From assembly GCA_965113315.1 (NCBI GenBank), contig OZ220375.1: a stretch of 64,000 nt of DNA; one strand, given 5' to 3'. This document shows positions 49,246 through 61,236 of the stretch, in pieces. This stretch comes from Podarcis vaucheri. Taxonomy: Eukaryota. Under the pieces are notes generated by a model, which saw only the letters and a program-made list of their open reading frames with translations, did not search any database and had not been told where the DNA came from. Made by a program: the position numbers and the translations under genes. Each line of letters starts with the position of its first letter. The stretch's first letter is position 1.

Positions 49246-49895
49246 AATTCTTGGCTTTACTTTTTAATTGTGCCGGGGAGTAGAAGTTGGGGTTTGGAGC
49301 AGCATAACTAGGGCCCAGAATCTCATTTTATTGTGATGATACAAAAAGGTATCAGGGTTGTATACCAAACAGTGCTGTAAAAATATATATATATTAAAAT
49401 AAATAAAAATCCTGCCATCAAGTTTTTTGGCTGGACACCACCAAAGGTTACATATTTCTGCTTCATATTTGGTACACTTGAAGATTTGTTTAGAATGTCA
49501 GTTGGTGCAGGTTTCTGGGGTTACTTGATTGTTGCTAAGATGCCCAATATTTTCTTTCCAGTCAACGCTCCTTTAGGATTTCTCAGCCTCCCTTTCTCCC
49601 TTTGATTCCTGATTGGAAAAAGACTCTTGAGAGTTTACCTTATGATGTGTACTTCTGAGCTTGGATGGAAATGCAGGCACTTAGGAAGGATGAAGGATTG
49701 AGACTACTGCAGCTAATAGGAGTTGTCATAGAAGTGGGGCAGTTGAAATGGCATTTTGTTAAGGTTGGATACGCCCAGGAGTTGCCTAGCATTGAATTCT
49801 GTCATGGTGCAAGCTAAGTATGCAGGGTATAACTGGGTGACCTAGTTGAGAGATTCCAACAATGTATAGGGTGTGTCATAGCTGTTCATTTGCAC

Positions 49896-50140
49896 AAGAA
49901 GAAGAAGAAGAAGAGTTTGGATTTGATATCCCGCCTTTCATTCCCTTTAAGGAGTCTCAAAGCGGCTAACATTCTCCTTTCCCTTCCTCCCCCACAACAA
50001 ACACCCTGTGAGGTGAGTGGGGCTGAGAGACTTCAAAGAAGTGTGACTAGCCCAAGGTCACCCAGCAGCTGCATGTGGAGGAGCGGAGACGCGAACCCGG
50101 TTCCCCAGATTACGAGACTACCGCTCTTATCCACTACACC
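49896..50140 (-). mobile_element. tRNA-derived SINE with a (CTT)n tail (Squam3-like)
   Basis: On the minus strand: head GGTGTAGTGGATAAGAGC, B box GGTTCGCGTCTC, tail (CTT)n. Decayed relatives occur at ~10480-10640 and ~12110-12230. Confidence 0.8.
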
Positions 50141-51298
50141 TATTGTATGGGTATAAGGGTGAGGCCCTCTTTATTGTGCTGACCATTCCCAGTGTCTTTT
50201 TACTCAGGATTTCAATAAGGTTGTGCAGAACGTTTAACATACGTAAACCTTATTTCATCAAGAGAACAGTGGGGCCGAGGGATGACTGGCCGTGTCATCC
50301 AGTGACCCATGTAGCTCTGTAAGAATCTTAACCTGGGAATCTCACAGGGCAAAATGGTCCCAAACTCTTCAAAGTTTCTAAGTGTCCTCACAGTACCTTT
50401 ATCAACTTTGTTTTCAATAAAAAATGTCCAAATAATGTGAATCATTAAACTTATACCAGTGGGAATAGTTTCTTATTTTGTTTTTTCTACACTCCCCTTG
50501 GTTCTCCACCACCAGACACTTATATACATGCCGCCACACTAGGGAGGCCCAACTAGCATGCCTGTAAATATATAAAAGCACACACTGAAAGATAATAGGA
50601 CAGTTTGCAATCTTGGACTTACTACCATGAACTACAACACAGAGAAAATATTCATTAAGAATGTCACCTCCCCATTTGGGTATCCATGATTTAGACACAG
50701 TTTAAAGGATTATAATTGGTAAGTCTTTCAGGTAACTCAGTCTTATATAAATGCCTCTCAATGCAAATTTGATGTTTAATGCCAAGGTGATACTAAACAT
50801 ATTTCAGTCCGTCTTTTCTAAAAATAAATTGAACCTAAGAAGAGCCATGTCAAATCAGAGTACAGCACCATTGTAGTCTAGTATCCAGTTCTCACAGTGA
50901 CCAGCCAGATACCTAAGGGCATCTCCCAACTTGTGACTCCCATCAACTGGCATTCAACAGCCCACATTGCCTCAGACAGCAGAGGCAGAAAGATAGTCAT
51001 AATAGTCATGGATAGCTTTAACCTTCATGACTTGTTCAGTTGTACAGAACTGGCATGGATATATCCCACCACTCAGATTTACTGTTCATAAAAAAATGAG
51101 AGCTGGTGCATTTTCACTCTTTATTTCTCTGTGCTGTCACTGTAGTCATTGGGGGAAGCATTCGTGGTGGTATCTTAATCTCCTATTTGTTTGCAGGAAG
51201 GCATTTAGTTTTGGAGCACCTGCTTTGTGGGATGCCATGGCAATCAGTAACAAGCAATGTTCAGAGATTGTTTAAAATATTCAAGTTTGCTCCATCAT

Positions 51299-51439
51299 NN
51301 NNNNNNNNNNNNNNNNNNNNNNNNNNNNNNNNNNNNNNNNNNNNNNNNNNNNNNNNNNNNNNNNNNNNNNNNNNNNNNNNNNNNNNNNNNNNNNNNNNNN
51401 NNNNNNNNNNNNNNNNNNNNNNNNNNNNNNNNNNNNNNN
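51299..51439. other. Assembly gap (N run)
   Basis: Run of Ns at the same position within the duplicated unit as the gap at 59456. Confidence 1.
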
Positions 51440-52621
51440 AACAACCGCCCCTCCCTTTACTGTGTTTTATAGTATATTGTACACTGCTGTGATATTCTCT
51501 GTTAAGTGGTCTGTAAATCTGATAGTATCTCCAAGCTTGCTGAGCATTTAAAAAGGAAAGGAAAAACAAGTCTGACATCATCAGAACTAAGCTTGCACTA
51601 TCAAGCCTGTTTAGTAGTGTTGCCTGTCCTAGGGAACACCTTCCCATCAGAAGTCAAGAAAATAAACAACTATGTGACTTTTGGAAGACACATACGGAAT
51701 TTTTCAATGTCTGATTTTTTATTGTGCTTTTAATATTTTGTTGGCAGCTGCCCAGAGTGTCTGCAGCAACCCAGTCAGATGGGTAAGATGTTAATCATCA
51801 TTATCTCTATCTAAGAGAGTGATATGTTATAGAGGATTTAATGTTGTGCCCAATTTGGAAATACTCAGAGAGGAGCCTTAAGTTATGTATGGCTGATGTA
51901 AATACATTGGAACAAGCCTAAGTTTTAAATGTTTCTCCCTTTGTTCATTTAATTACCCCAGCTCCCCAAAAACCTAATAAATTATTTTTTTTCTGTCTCT
52001 AGATAAAAATCATTTTACGAAGCTAATAAAATGGATGCCAGTAATGAAACTGCTCCATCTGAATTCATCCTTCTGACATTTTCAAACAGTTATGAATGGT
52101 GTTTCCTCCTTTCTGGATTTCTCCTCATCACATATCTCTTCACACTGATAGGGAATATTCTCATCATCACTCTTGTCTCCATAGAACCAAGCCTTCAAAC
52201 TCCCATGTACTTCTTCCTCTGTAACCTATCCCTCCTGGACATCTGCCAGACTACAACCACTATTCCACAGATAATAGTGCACCTGATTTCAGGAAGAAAT
52301 GCCATCTCATATGAAAGATGCAAGGTTCAACTCTCTTTCTTCATCTTATTCATTGGTACTGAGACCCTTCTGTTGGCTGCCATGGCTTATGATCGCTATG
52401 TTGCCATCTGCAATCCTCTCCGCTATAATGTGGTCATGAATTACAGACTCTGTGCTCAACTGGTGTCAGCTTCTTGGTTCACAAGTTCACTCAACACCAC
52501 CATTCACACCCTTATCACATTCCGCCTGCCCCTTTGTGGTATGAATAAGATCAACTACTTCTACTGTGACATCCCTCCTCTTGTAGCTATCTCCTGTGGG
52601 GACATCTCTAGCAGTACTATT

Positions 52622-53007
52622 TGTGGCTTTTTGTTTATATCCGTGACTCCCGCTAATTGATTTGCGAACCTCAATTAGCAATTTATGGCCGCCCGGTACA
52701 CTTCTGCTGCGGCTTTCCGTCACGACTCAGCAGAGCTTCGCACAGCGGTGTAGAACTGTCACGTAGCTTGTCTCAGCTCTCAGACAAACACACAGAGTCC
52801 AGGTTTGTCTATTTACAGCTTTTATTCCAACATTTCTTAGGAATTTCCAGGACTATTTGCAGCCATGACAAAACTGCATCCTTTCCCCACAAAATACCGA
52901 GTGGGACTGACAAACACTTCCCAAGCTCCTCCCAAGCTTCCAAAACTGACGTCAGAATGGTGTGGCATCCTGGGAAGAACTTAACCCGTTAAGTTCCAAA
53001 CCCAACA
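52622..53007 (-). repeat. 3' LTR of the copia element
   Basis: Direct repeat of 55862-56247, with 2 substitutions by eye. Confidence 0.95.
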
Positions 53008-55669
53008 CCCCCCTTTGCCGCACATTCTGACAAGACCTTTTTGAGTTCAACACCTTACCCTTTGCCTTGTGCTCCTTCCCAGCATCTTTCCCAGGCACCT
53101 GTTGAACCCTTTCAACACTCCCAGAATCACACTGTGCGAATCTCGCCCACGCACATGTTGCCTGGTATCTTTCAGGTGGAATGCCCTTTGTTGTGCGACT
53201 AGACCTTCTGGGCACAAACTCAGACGTTACCTCTGACTCACTGCCACCAGGAAATGTGTCCTCAGCATCACGGGATTCCCCCTCTGACTTAAAACGTTTT
53301 CGAATCCTCTCCATTACACTCACAGGGGAACTGGGCTCGCTTTTGGCCTCCTTTTTTACAACTTGTGGAGAAACTACCGATACCTCCTCCTGTTCCTGAC
53401 TTTGGTCAGTTACCTGATCGTCATCATCAGACTCAGCTTCTTCTTCCTCCCCCTCATAATCTTCCTGTTCTGAGAGACACTCTGAAAGAACATCATGCTT
53501 GACAGCAGCTTGTGTCTTTTTATCCTGCTCATAGAACTCAGCGTGTTTACTGATCAGCAACTTACTCTGATCACCTGATGGAAATGCAAATCTCCATGCA
53601 CTTGCTGTTGGCTCATACCCACAGAAGATCATTTTTCGGAACTTGGATCCATCTGGCCCCTGCAAAACAGCAGGTACCGGCACAGACGCACGTGACCCGA
53701 ACATACGCAAAAAATGAATCTGGGGTTTCCTGCCATGCAACAACCCAAACGGTGTGTCCCCTACCATGGAATTGTAGGTGCGATTCCAGGTGAAGCTTAC
53801 ATACTTGATTGCCTCCAGCCAAAACCTTGGAGGTAACCCAGAGTCTTCCAGCAACACCTGTGCAGTTTTAACCAGAGCCTGACATTTGAGCTCTGACACT
53901 CCCCTCTCATTGGGTGAAGTCACTGTGTGACGTATCCCTTTCTTGTGAAAGTACTTCTGCAAAGCAGAACCTGTAAACTCAGCTCCTCTGTCACTTGTGA
54001 CAGCTTGCACTTTGGTGGAAAACCTTTGTTCCACCCCCTCAATCCACCCTTTGATCAGCTGTGCTGCATCATCCTTGGATTTGAGGCCATGTATCCAGGA
54101 ATTCTGAGTAAAATCCTCCTGCATCGAGAGCAGAAACCTTGACCCTCCCAGACTTGGTTCCTTTACAGGACCCCACAAATCTATGTGAATCAGTTCAAAA
54201 GGCCTTGTTGTTATCCTTTCAACCTTTGGATAACTGCATCCTTTTACCTTTGCCAGTTTGCAAGTTTCACAACTTACAGCATGTCCACATTCTGAGATAT
54301 TACAACCATTGGAAACTTCTGGCAGCACCTGTAGTTCTTCAAGAGAACTATGAGCTGTACGTGTATGCCAAGCATGTACGCATGAATCATGATTGGGAAT
54401 TGTAGCACGCAGTGCTTGTGCTTTCTCAACCTTCCCACCACCCTCCAGAGACGTTTTAAGAATGAAGAGATCATTTTGCCCCTTTTTAACCTTGGCAAGC
54501 ATCCTCCCTCCTTTGGAGATTGTGCACACATCACCCTGAAAACAAACCGTAAATCCCTTTTTCAGTAAATAAGGCACAGATAAAAGACAGTGTTGCATCC
54601 CAGGAACAGTACAACACTCCAACGTTTCCTGTAAAACACAAAAATGCAAATTTACAGCATTAGTCATATTTCTTTTCTGTCCATTTGCAAACAGTACAGT
54701 TTTCCCGGCAGGAATTGCCGTGCAGTTCCACCTCTCGACTGCAGGTGTCTCTGGAATCAAATTGCGATTAGCTGCAGAGTCAATAACAAAACTTAGCTCT
54801 GTCCCACAGCTGTCTTCAGCCAACGCCAGACTAGCCGTGATCTGATACGTCTCCTCCTGGCACCTGGCACGTCCACCAGCCTCAGTCTCACGCCTGGTTG
54901 TTTTTCCAGACCGGTTGCCATGGAAACTCGACTGGTTCCCATGAGAAGTGTCCTTGAAGCCTTCCTGTGCAGCTGCTCTCTGTGGGCAGTCTCGGCGTAC
55001 GTGGTCAGCTGACTTGCAAATGTAGCAACGACGAACTTCAGTGGAAAAACACTGCCTGGGGCTCCTCCCAGCTGGCCTCCTTCTCCTTCTTCTGGAAAAG
55101 CACTCCTTGCCAGATCCGCCCCCCCTGAACTGCCGCTCCATTCCAGCAGATTCAGTGGAAAACTTTTCAAACTTGCCTTTGGAACTTTCCGCCCCCCCGA
55201 CTTGCTCACTAGCACTCCTTGAGGCTAAATCATCAGGAACAGGGGCTCCAGCCATCTCTAGGCTTTCAGCTTCCATCTGCCCTAGGCCTCCTGCTGAGCC
55301 TTCACACAGACGTTTCAGCACACTCCAGGCCTCACACGCAGATTCAATGCTTTCCAGGTGATGTTGCAAATTAGCATGAACACCTGCTCTCAACATGCAG
55401 ACCTCAGCTCTCATAGCCTTCTCCCTCTGCATTTTCTCCTCCAGAGAAACAGACTTCAGCCTTCCTGCATCTCTGTCCACCAGTTGCACTGGTTCCCTCT
55501 GGGAAATGTCCCAAACCTCCGTGGCTATAAACCACGCTCTCACCCATCTTGCCCAGGTATTCCACGCTTGGGCGGTGAGTTCCTCAAGCTGTTCAAACGG
55601 AGCTTGAATCACCTCCTGGCCATCTGCCATCTTCTCACGCTCTCCCAAATCGCCCCAAGCTGTACTCAC
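52952..55669 (-). CDS. Copia Gag-protease-integrase polyprotein, 905 aa, no reverse transcriptase
   Basis: CCHC knuckle CYICKSADHVRRDC; protease FVIDSAA; integrase HHCC WHTRTAH..CETC and core IHIDLWG / TSDRGAEF / GVSE; SH3-like MIFCGYE; PRRSSR..PPERY. The ORF then runs into the 3' LTR with no YVDD motif. Confidence 0.9.
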   Translation of the reverse strand: MSTAWGDLGEREKMADGQEVIQAPFEQLEELTAQAWNTWARWVRAWFIATEVWDISQREPVQLVDRDAGRLKSVSLEEKMQREKAMRAEVCMLRAGVHANLQHHLESIESACEAWSVLKRLCEGSAGGLGQMEAESLEMAGAPVPDDLASRSASEQVGGAESSKGKFEKFSTESAGMERQFRGGGSGKECFSRRRRRRPAGRSPRQCFSTEVRRCYICKSADHVRRDCPQRAAAQEGFKDTSHGNQSSFHGNRSGKTTRRETEAGGRARCQEETYQITASLALAEDSCGTELSFVIDSAANRNLIPETPAVERWNCTAIPAGKTVLFANGQKRNMTNAVNLHFCVLQETLECCTVPGMQHCLLSVPYLLKKGFTVCFQGDVCTISKGGRMLAKVKKGQNDLFILKTSLEGGGKVEKAQALRATIPNHDSCVHAWHTRTAHSSLEELQVLPEVSNGCNISECGHAVSCETCKLAKVKGCSYPKVERITTRPFELIHIDLWGPVKEPSLGGSRFLLSMQEDFTQNSWIHGLKSKDDAAQLIKGWIEGVEQRFSTKVQAVTSDRGAEFTGSALQKYFHKKGIRHTVTSPNERGVSELKCQALVKTAQVLLEDSGLPPRFWLEAIKYVSFTWNRTYNSMVGDTPFGLLHGRKPQIHFLRMFGSRASVPVPAVLQGPDGSKFRKMIFCGYEPTASAWRFAFPSGDQSKLLISKHAEFYEQDKKTQAAVKHDVLSECLSEQEDYEGEEEEAESDDDDQVTDQSQEQEEVSVVSPQVVKKEAKSEPSSPVSVMERIRKRFKSEGESRDAEDTFPGGSESEVTSEFVPRRSSRTTKGIPPERYQATCAWARFAQCDSGSVERVQQVPGKDAGKEHKAKGKVLNSKRSCQNVRQRGVLGLELNGLSSSQDATPF

Positions 55670-55861
55670 AAAAGCTCCTCTGGCGTGGAGAAACGATTCC
55701 TTGCTGCTCTCAGCTCACAGCTTTCAGCATTCAGCAACAGCGTCTTTCAGCTTGCTTGCTTGCTTGCTTCCGTGCTCCTCTGCTAGACACCGCAGATTTC
55801 TCAGCTCCCGGCAGCTCTTCCGTGACAGTTTTACGATAGGTGATTTAGGTTACCCATAACC

Positions 55862-56247
55862 TGTGGCTTTTTGTTTATATCCGTGACTCCCGCTAATTGA
55901 TTTGCGAACCTCAATTAGCAATTTATGGCCGCCCGGCACACTTCTGCTGCGGCTTTCCGTCACGACTCAGCAGAGCTTCGCACAGCGGTCTAGAACTGTC
56001 ACGTAGCTTGTCTCAGCTCTCAGACAAACACACAGAGTCCAGGTTTGTCTATTTACAGCTTTTATTCCAACATTTCTTAGGAATTTCCAGGACTATTTGC
56101 AGCCATGACAAAACTGCATCCTTTCCCCACAAAATACCGAGTGGGACTGACAAACACTTCCCAAGCTCCTCCCAAGCTTCCAAAACTGACGTCAGAATGG
56201 TGTGGCATCCTGGGAAGAACTTAACCCGTTAAGTTCCAAACCCAACA
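55862..56247 (-). repeat. 5' LTR of the copia element
   Basis: Direct repeat of 52622-53007; adjacent to the PBS. Confidence 0.95.
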
Positions 56248-59200
56248 CTATTGCCCTGCTGGCTACTAGTCCCATAGTGGGGTTTGGACCAGGTATGTGT
56301 GTCCTCCTTTCCTATAGTCACATCATCTTTAGAGTTCTGAAAATGCATTCTTCAGTTGGGATGAGGAAAGCCTTTTCAACTTGTGCTTCTCATCTCACTG
56401 TTGTGCTGCTCTTCTATGGTGGCTCTATCTTTCAATATATCAGGCCCTTCTCCAGCTACTCACTGAACAAGGATAGAATGATTGCCCTCTTTAATAACAT
56501 TCTTTCCCCTTTGTTGAACCCACTAATTTACACCCTCAGGAACAAAGATGTGAAGGGGGCATTACAGAAGAGAATGGTGAAGAAAATGTTGTCCTGAAAT
56601 AGACTGATGTCAATAAATCCTTGGATTTATCTTGTAGTAGTGCTGGGAAATTGAATGTGGGGGCTTGGAACACTATAGCTAGGGCTTGAGATTTCAGTTT
56701 TACTTTAAAGCCTAAGTGTTGTTCCAAATATTCAGTTTAATATCATGCCAAAATCTTTCCTCCCCACCCTTCCCCCCAAAAGAGAAAGATGGTTACATTT
56801 TTCTGTTTCATATACAGGGCACCTGAAAATTTGTTCATCATTTCAGCTTGAGGCTTTACCTCGTGGTGGGTACTCCTGGCACTTTGCAAGGATGAAGGGA
56901 GCAGACCAGTGGTAAAATGCTCTGTAGAGTGTACATAGAACTCAAAATTCAAATACCCTCTTCAACTGTTTCAAAAGTAAAGTAAGCACATCAGAAACCA
57001 TCCATAGCTCGATATCTGTATTTCACTGAATTTTTCTCTGCCCTTTAAAAAAATGTCAAATACTTTTTTTCTAATTGATGGGGAATTCTTTCTTTCTTTC
57101 TTTTGCACAGTACTATTTCATATCTTTCCAAAAATATAATAATGGAAAATCTCCAACACTTTTCTCTGACTTATGATACTGTTATTATTGGCTTAGATAT
57201 TGTAGCATACCAGGGCTTATCATTACATACTTGATCCCCCCCCCCCAGTTCACATTACTTTCTAAAAGTGTCTGCTTTAGATAGACGTAATCTTTCTTTG
57301 GGTTTTTTGGCACCAACCGAACAACATCTTTCTGGAAGCCTTTTAAGTCAAGATGTCTATTGGGATTTATTATTTTAAAAAAACATTTTTGTTTTGTTTA
57401 GTTTTATTGCTTGTTGTTTCCTGCTCTTAACTTCTTCAAGAGGAATCACAAGATAGAAATTTTAATCATCATCATTATCCAGATATATGTAGTGATAATG
57501 TTTTAGAAAGAACAAATTAGATGAATTCTGTGTGTAACCTTTCAAACCTGGAATTTTTATTCCTTGCCTACATTTCTATTCCTGCTTGACTAACCTAAGT
57601 CCCACTGATTTTAATAGGCTTCCCCCAAGCATGACCAAATTTGGATCCAGCTCTGTAATTTTAAATTGATGTGCAAGTGGTATACTTGGAAACAGTTGTA
57701 TTTCATCAAAAATGACACATACTGGAAGTATGGAAATAGAATTGCTAATGACTTCTATTTCATGTATTTTCTCCAAAGATTTAATCCTTTCAGGAAAATA
57801 AAAGGTTAATACAGATACTGTGGCAACATCTTCCAATTAAACATTTGAAAACATGCTGTTGTTTATTACTCATTTGATAAGACAGGGGGAGCAAAAAGCA
57901 ATTTATTCATAAATAGTTGGAATTTGTTTGTGACATTCTGGCACGGTTGTAAGATCAATTCAGCTACACAATTCCCCCCCCCCCTTAGACTTCATTTTGA
58001 TGCATCATATTATGGAATAGAACATTGTTGGCATCCATCTGTCTTGAGAGACTATGGAGTGTGCCTTAGGGGGTGAAGTCAAACTGCTGCATTAGTGGCA
58101 CCAAAGTAACCTCCTTGGGGTGCAAGCCAGGGCAGTGTGTATGGAGGTCCTGGGCTGCCCAGATGACATGGCTCCATGCCATTGACCTCACTGATGTGGT
58201 CCAAAGTAAAGCAGAGTGAAACATTTGGCACCAGCCTGGCTGCAGGAGTTGCCAGAAGGAGGCATGCAAGGTACCATCCAATCGCCTTAGGGATTCCAGT
58301 CTGGCTTTGTGTAGGGTTTACTCCTTAATATTTTATTCTCCCATAAATTAATGGCTTAGGATAAGAGTTTTCCTTCTCCTATAAGGACTACCATCCCAGG
58401 TTGATGAGCCCCATCTGCTTCATCCACAAATATACTTTTGTTTTCCTCTGTTTAATCTGTGGTGAATACATTTGTAAGCTCTGTAAGACTCTTAACCTGA
58501 AGGTGGGTGGGAATCTCACAGGGCAAAATGGCCCCAAACTCTTCAAAGTTTCTAAGTGTCCTCACAGTACCTTTATCAACTTTGTTTTCAGTGAAAAATG
58601 TCCAAATAATGTGAATCATTAAACTTATACCAGTGGGAATAGTTTCTTTTTGTTTTTTCTACACTCCCCTTGGTTCTCCACCACCAGACACTTATACACA
58701 TGCCACCACACTGGGGAGGCCCAGCTAGCATGCTTGTAAATATATAAAAGCAAACACTGAAAGATAATAGGACAGTTTGCAATCTTTGACTTACTGCCAT
58801 GAACTGCAACACAAAGAAAATATTCAGTAAGAATGCCCCCTCACCATCTGGGAATCCAAGATTTAAACACAGTTTAAAGGATTCTAATTGGTAAGCCTTG
58901 CAGGTAACTCAGTCTTATGTAAATGCATCTCAATGCAAATATGATGTTTAATGCCAAGGTGATACTAAACATACTTCAGACCGTCTTTTCTAAAGATAAA
59001 TTGAACCTAAGAAGAGCCATGTCAAATCAGAGTACAGCACCATTGTAGTCTAGTATCCAGTTCTCACAGTGACCAGCCAGATACCAAAAGGCATACTCAG
59101 AGCAGAAGCTGAGTCCAACAGCAATCTCCGAACTTGTGATCCCCATCAACTGGCATTCAACGGCACACATTGCCTCTGGCAACAGAGGCAGAAAGATAGT

Positions 59201-59455
59201 CATTGTAGTCATGGATAGCTTTGACCTTCATGAATTGTTCAGTTGTACAGAATTGGCATGGATATATCCCCCTACTCAGATTTGCTGTTCATAAAAAATG
59301 AGAGCTGGTACATTTTGGCTCTCCTGGTGGTGTCTTAATCTCCTATTTGTTTGCAGCAAGACATTTAGTTTTGGAGCAACTGCTTTGTAGGATTCCATGA
59401 CAATCAGTATCAAGCAATGGACAGAGATAGTTTAAAATATTCATGTTTGCTTCAT

Positions 59456-59676
59456 NNNNNNNNNNNNNNNNNNNNNNNNNNNNNNNNNNNNNNNNNNNNN
59501 NNNNNNNNNNNNNNNNNNNNNNNNNNNNNNNNNNNNNNNNNNNNNNNNNNNNNNNNNNNNNNNNNNNNNNNNNNNNNNNNNNNNNNNNNNNNNNNNNNNN
59601 NNNNNNNNNNNNNNNNNNNNNNNNNNNNNNNNNNNNNNNNNNNNNNNNNNNNNNNNNNNNNNNNNNNNNNNNNNNN
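59456..59676. other. Assembly gap (N run)
   Basis: Run of Ns flanked by ATCT-like sequence, suggesting an unresolved microsatellite. Confidence 1.
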
Positions 59677-60300
59677 ATCTATTTATCTATCTGACCATGG
59701 TGAATTATATAACCACCCTCCACCCTTTTACTGTGTTTTATAGTACATTGTACACTACTATGATACTCTCTGTTAAGTGGTCTATAAATCTGATTGTATC
59801 TCCAAGCTTGCTGAGCATTTAAAAAGGAAAGGAAAAACAAGTCTGGCATGATCAGAACTAAGCTTGCACCATCAAGCCTGGTCAGTAGTGTTGCCTGTCC
59901 TAGAGAACACCTTCCCATCAGAAGTCAAGAAAATAAACAACTATGTGACTTTTAGAAGACACATACAGAATTTTTCAGTGTCTGATTTTTATTGTGCTTT
60001 TAATATTTTGTTGGCAGCTGCCCAGAGTGTCTGCAGCAACCCAGTCAGATGGGTGAGATGTTAATCATCATTATCTCTATCTAAGAGAGTGATATGTTAT
60101 AGAGGATTTAATGTTGTGCCCAATTTGGAAATACTCAGAGAGGAGCCTTAAGTTATGTATGGCTGATGTAAATACATTGGAACAAGCATAAGTTTTAAAT
60201 GTTTCTTCCTTTGTTCATTGAATTACCCCAGCTCTCCAAAAACCTAATAAATTATTTTTTCTCTGTCTCTAGATAAAAATCATTTTACGAAGCTAATAAA

Positions 60301-61236
60301 ATGGATGTCAGTAATGAAACTGCTCCATCTGAATTCATCCTTCTGACATTTTCAAACAGTTATGAATGGTGTTTGCTCCTTTCTGGATTTCTCCTCATCA
60401 CATATCTCTTCACACTGATGGGGAATATTCTCATCATCACTCTTGTCTCCATAGAACCAAGCCTTCACACTCCCATGTACTTCTTCCTCTGTAACCTATC
60501 CCTCCTGGACATCTGCCAGACTACAACCACTATTCCACAGATAATTGTGCACCTGATTTCAGGAAGAAATGCCATCTCATATGAAAGATGCAAGGTTCAA
60601 CTCTTTTCCTTCATCTTATTCATTGGTACTGAGACCCTTCTGTTGGCTGCCATGGCTTATGATCGTTACGTTGCCATCTGCAATCCTCTCCGCTATAATG
60701 TGGTCATGAATTACAGACTCTGTGCTCAACTGGTGTCAGCTTCTTGGTTCACAAGTTCACTCAACACCACCATTCACACCCTTATCACATTCCGCCTGCC
60801 CCTTTGCGGTATGAATAAGATCAACTACTTCTACTGTGACATCCCTCCTCTTGTAGCTATCTCCTGTGGGGACATCTCAAGCAGTATTATTGCCATGCTG
60901 GCTACTAGTCCCGTAATGGGCTTTGGACCAGGCATGTGTGTCCTCCTTTCCTATAGTCACATCATCTTGAGGGTTCTGAAAATGCGTTCTTCAGATGGGA
61001 TGAGGAAAGCCTTTTCAACTTGTGCTTCTCATCTCACTGTTGTCTTGCTTTTTTATGGCAGCTGTCTTTTTACATATGTCAGGCCCTTCTCCAGCTACTC
61101 ATTGAACAAAGATAGAATGATTGCCCTCTTTAATAACATTCTCTCCCCTTTGTTGAACCCAATGATTTACACCCTCAGGAACAAAGATGTGAAGGGGGCA
61201 TTACAGAAGAGAATGATGAAGAAAATGTTGTCCTGA
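60301..61236 (+). CDS. Olfactory receptor, intact, 311 aa (OR5V1-like array, copy 4)
   Basis: Full OR motif set: LHTPMYFFLCNLS, MAYDRYVAICNPLRY, KAFSTCASH and PLLNPMIYTLRN. Confidence 0.97.
   Translation: MDVSNETAPSEFILLTFSNSYEWCLLLSGFLLITYLFTLMGNILIITLVSIEPSLHTPMYFFLCNLSLLDICQTTTTIPQIIVHLISGRNAISYERCKVQLFSFILFIGTETLLLAAMAYDRYVAICNPLRYNVVMNYRLCAQLVSASWFTSSLNTTIHTLITFRLPLCGMNKINYFYCDIPPLVAISCGDISSSIIAMLATSPVMGFGPGMCVLLSYSHIILRVLKMRSSDGMRKAFSTCASHLTVVLLFYGSCLFTYVRPFSSYSLNKDRMIALFNNILSPLLNPMIYTLRNKDVKGALQKRMMKKMLS

Larger units (their letters stand above)
52622..56247 (-). mobile_element. Ty1/copia LTR retrotransposon (3626 bp) lacking RT/RNase H
   Basis: 386-bp TG..CA LTRs; 5-bp TSD CTATT (52617-52621 / 56248-56252); PBS-like GGTTATGGG immediately after the 5' LTR; PPT AAAGGGGGG before the 3' LTR; copia domain order Gag-PR-IN. 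Confidence 0.95.
52031..56597 (+). pseudogene. Olfactory receptor (OR5V1-like array, copy 3) split by a copia insertion; coding parts 52031-52621 and 56253-56597
   Basis: Removing the element and one TSD copy gives 936 nt, i.e. an open 311-aa OR collinear with 60301-61236. Confidence 0.93.

Noticed and set aside
52657-56232. Duplicate 111-aa ORFs (MICEPQLAIY..) at 52657 and 55897
   Set aside because: Antisense translations of the two LTRs starting at non-ATG codons.
13529-59743. ORFs containing X runs
   Set aside because: They span assembly N-gaps and are not real ORFs.
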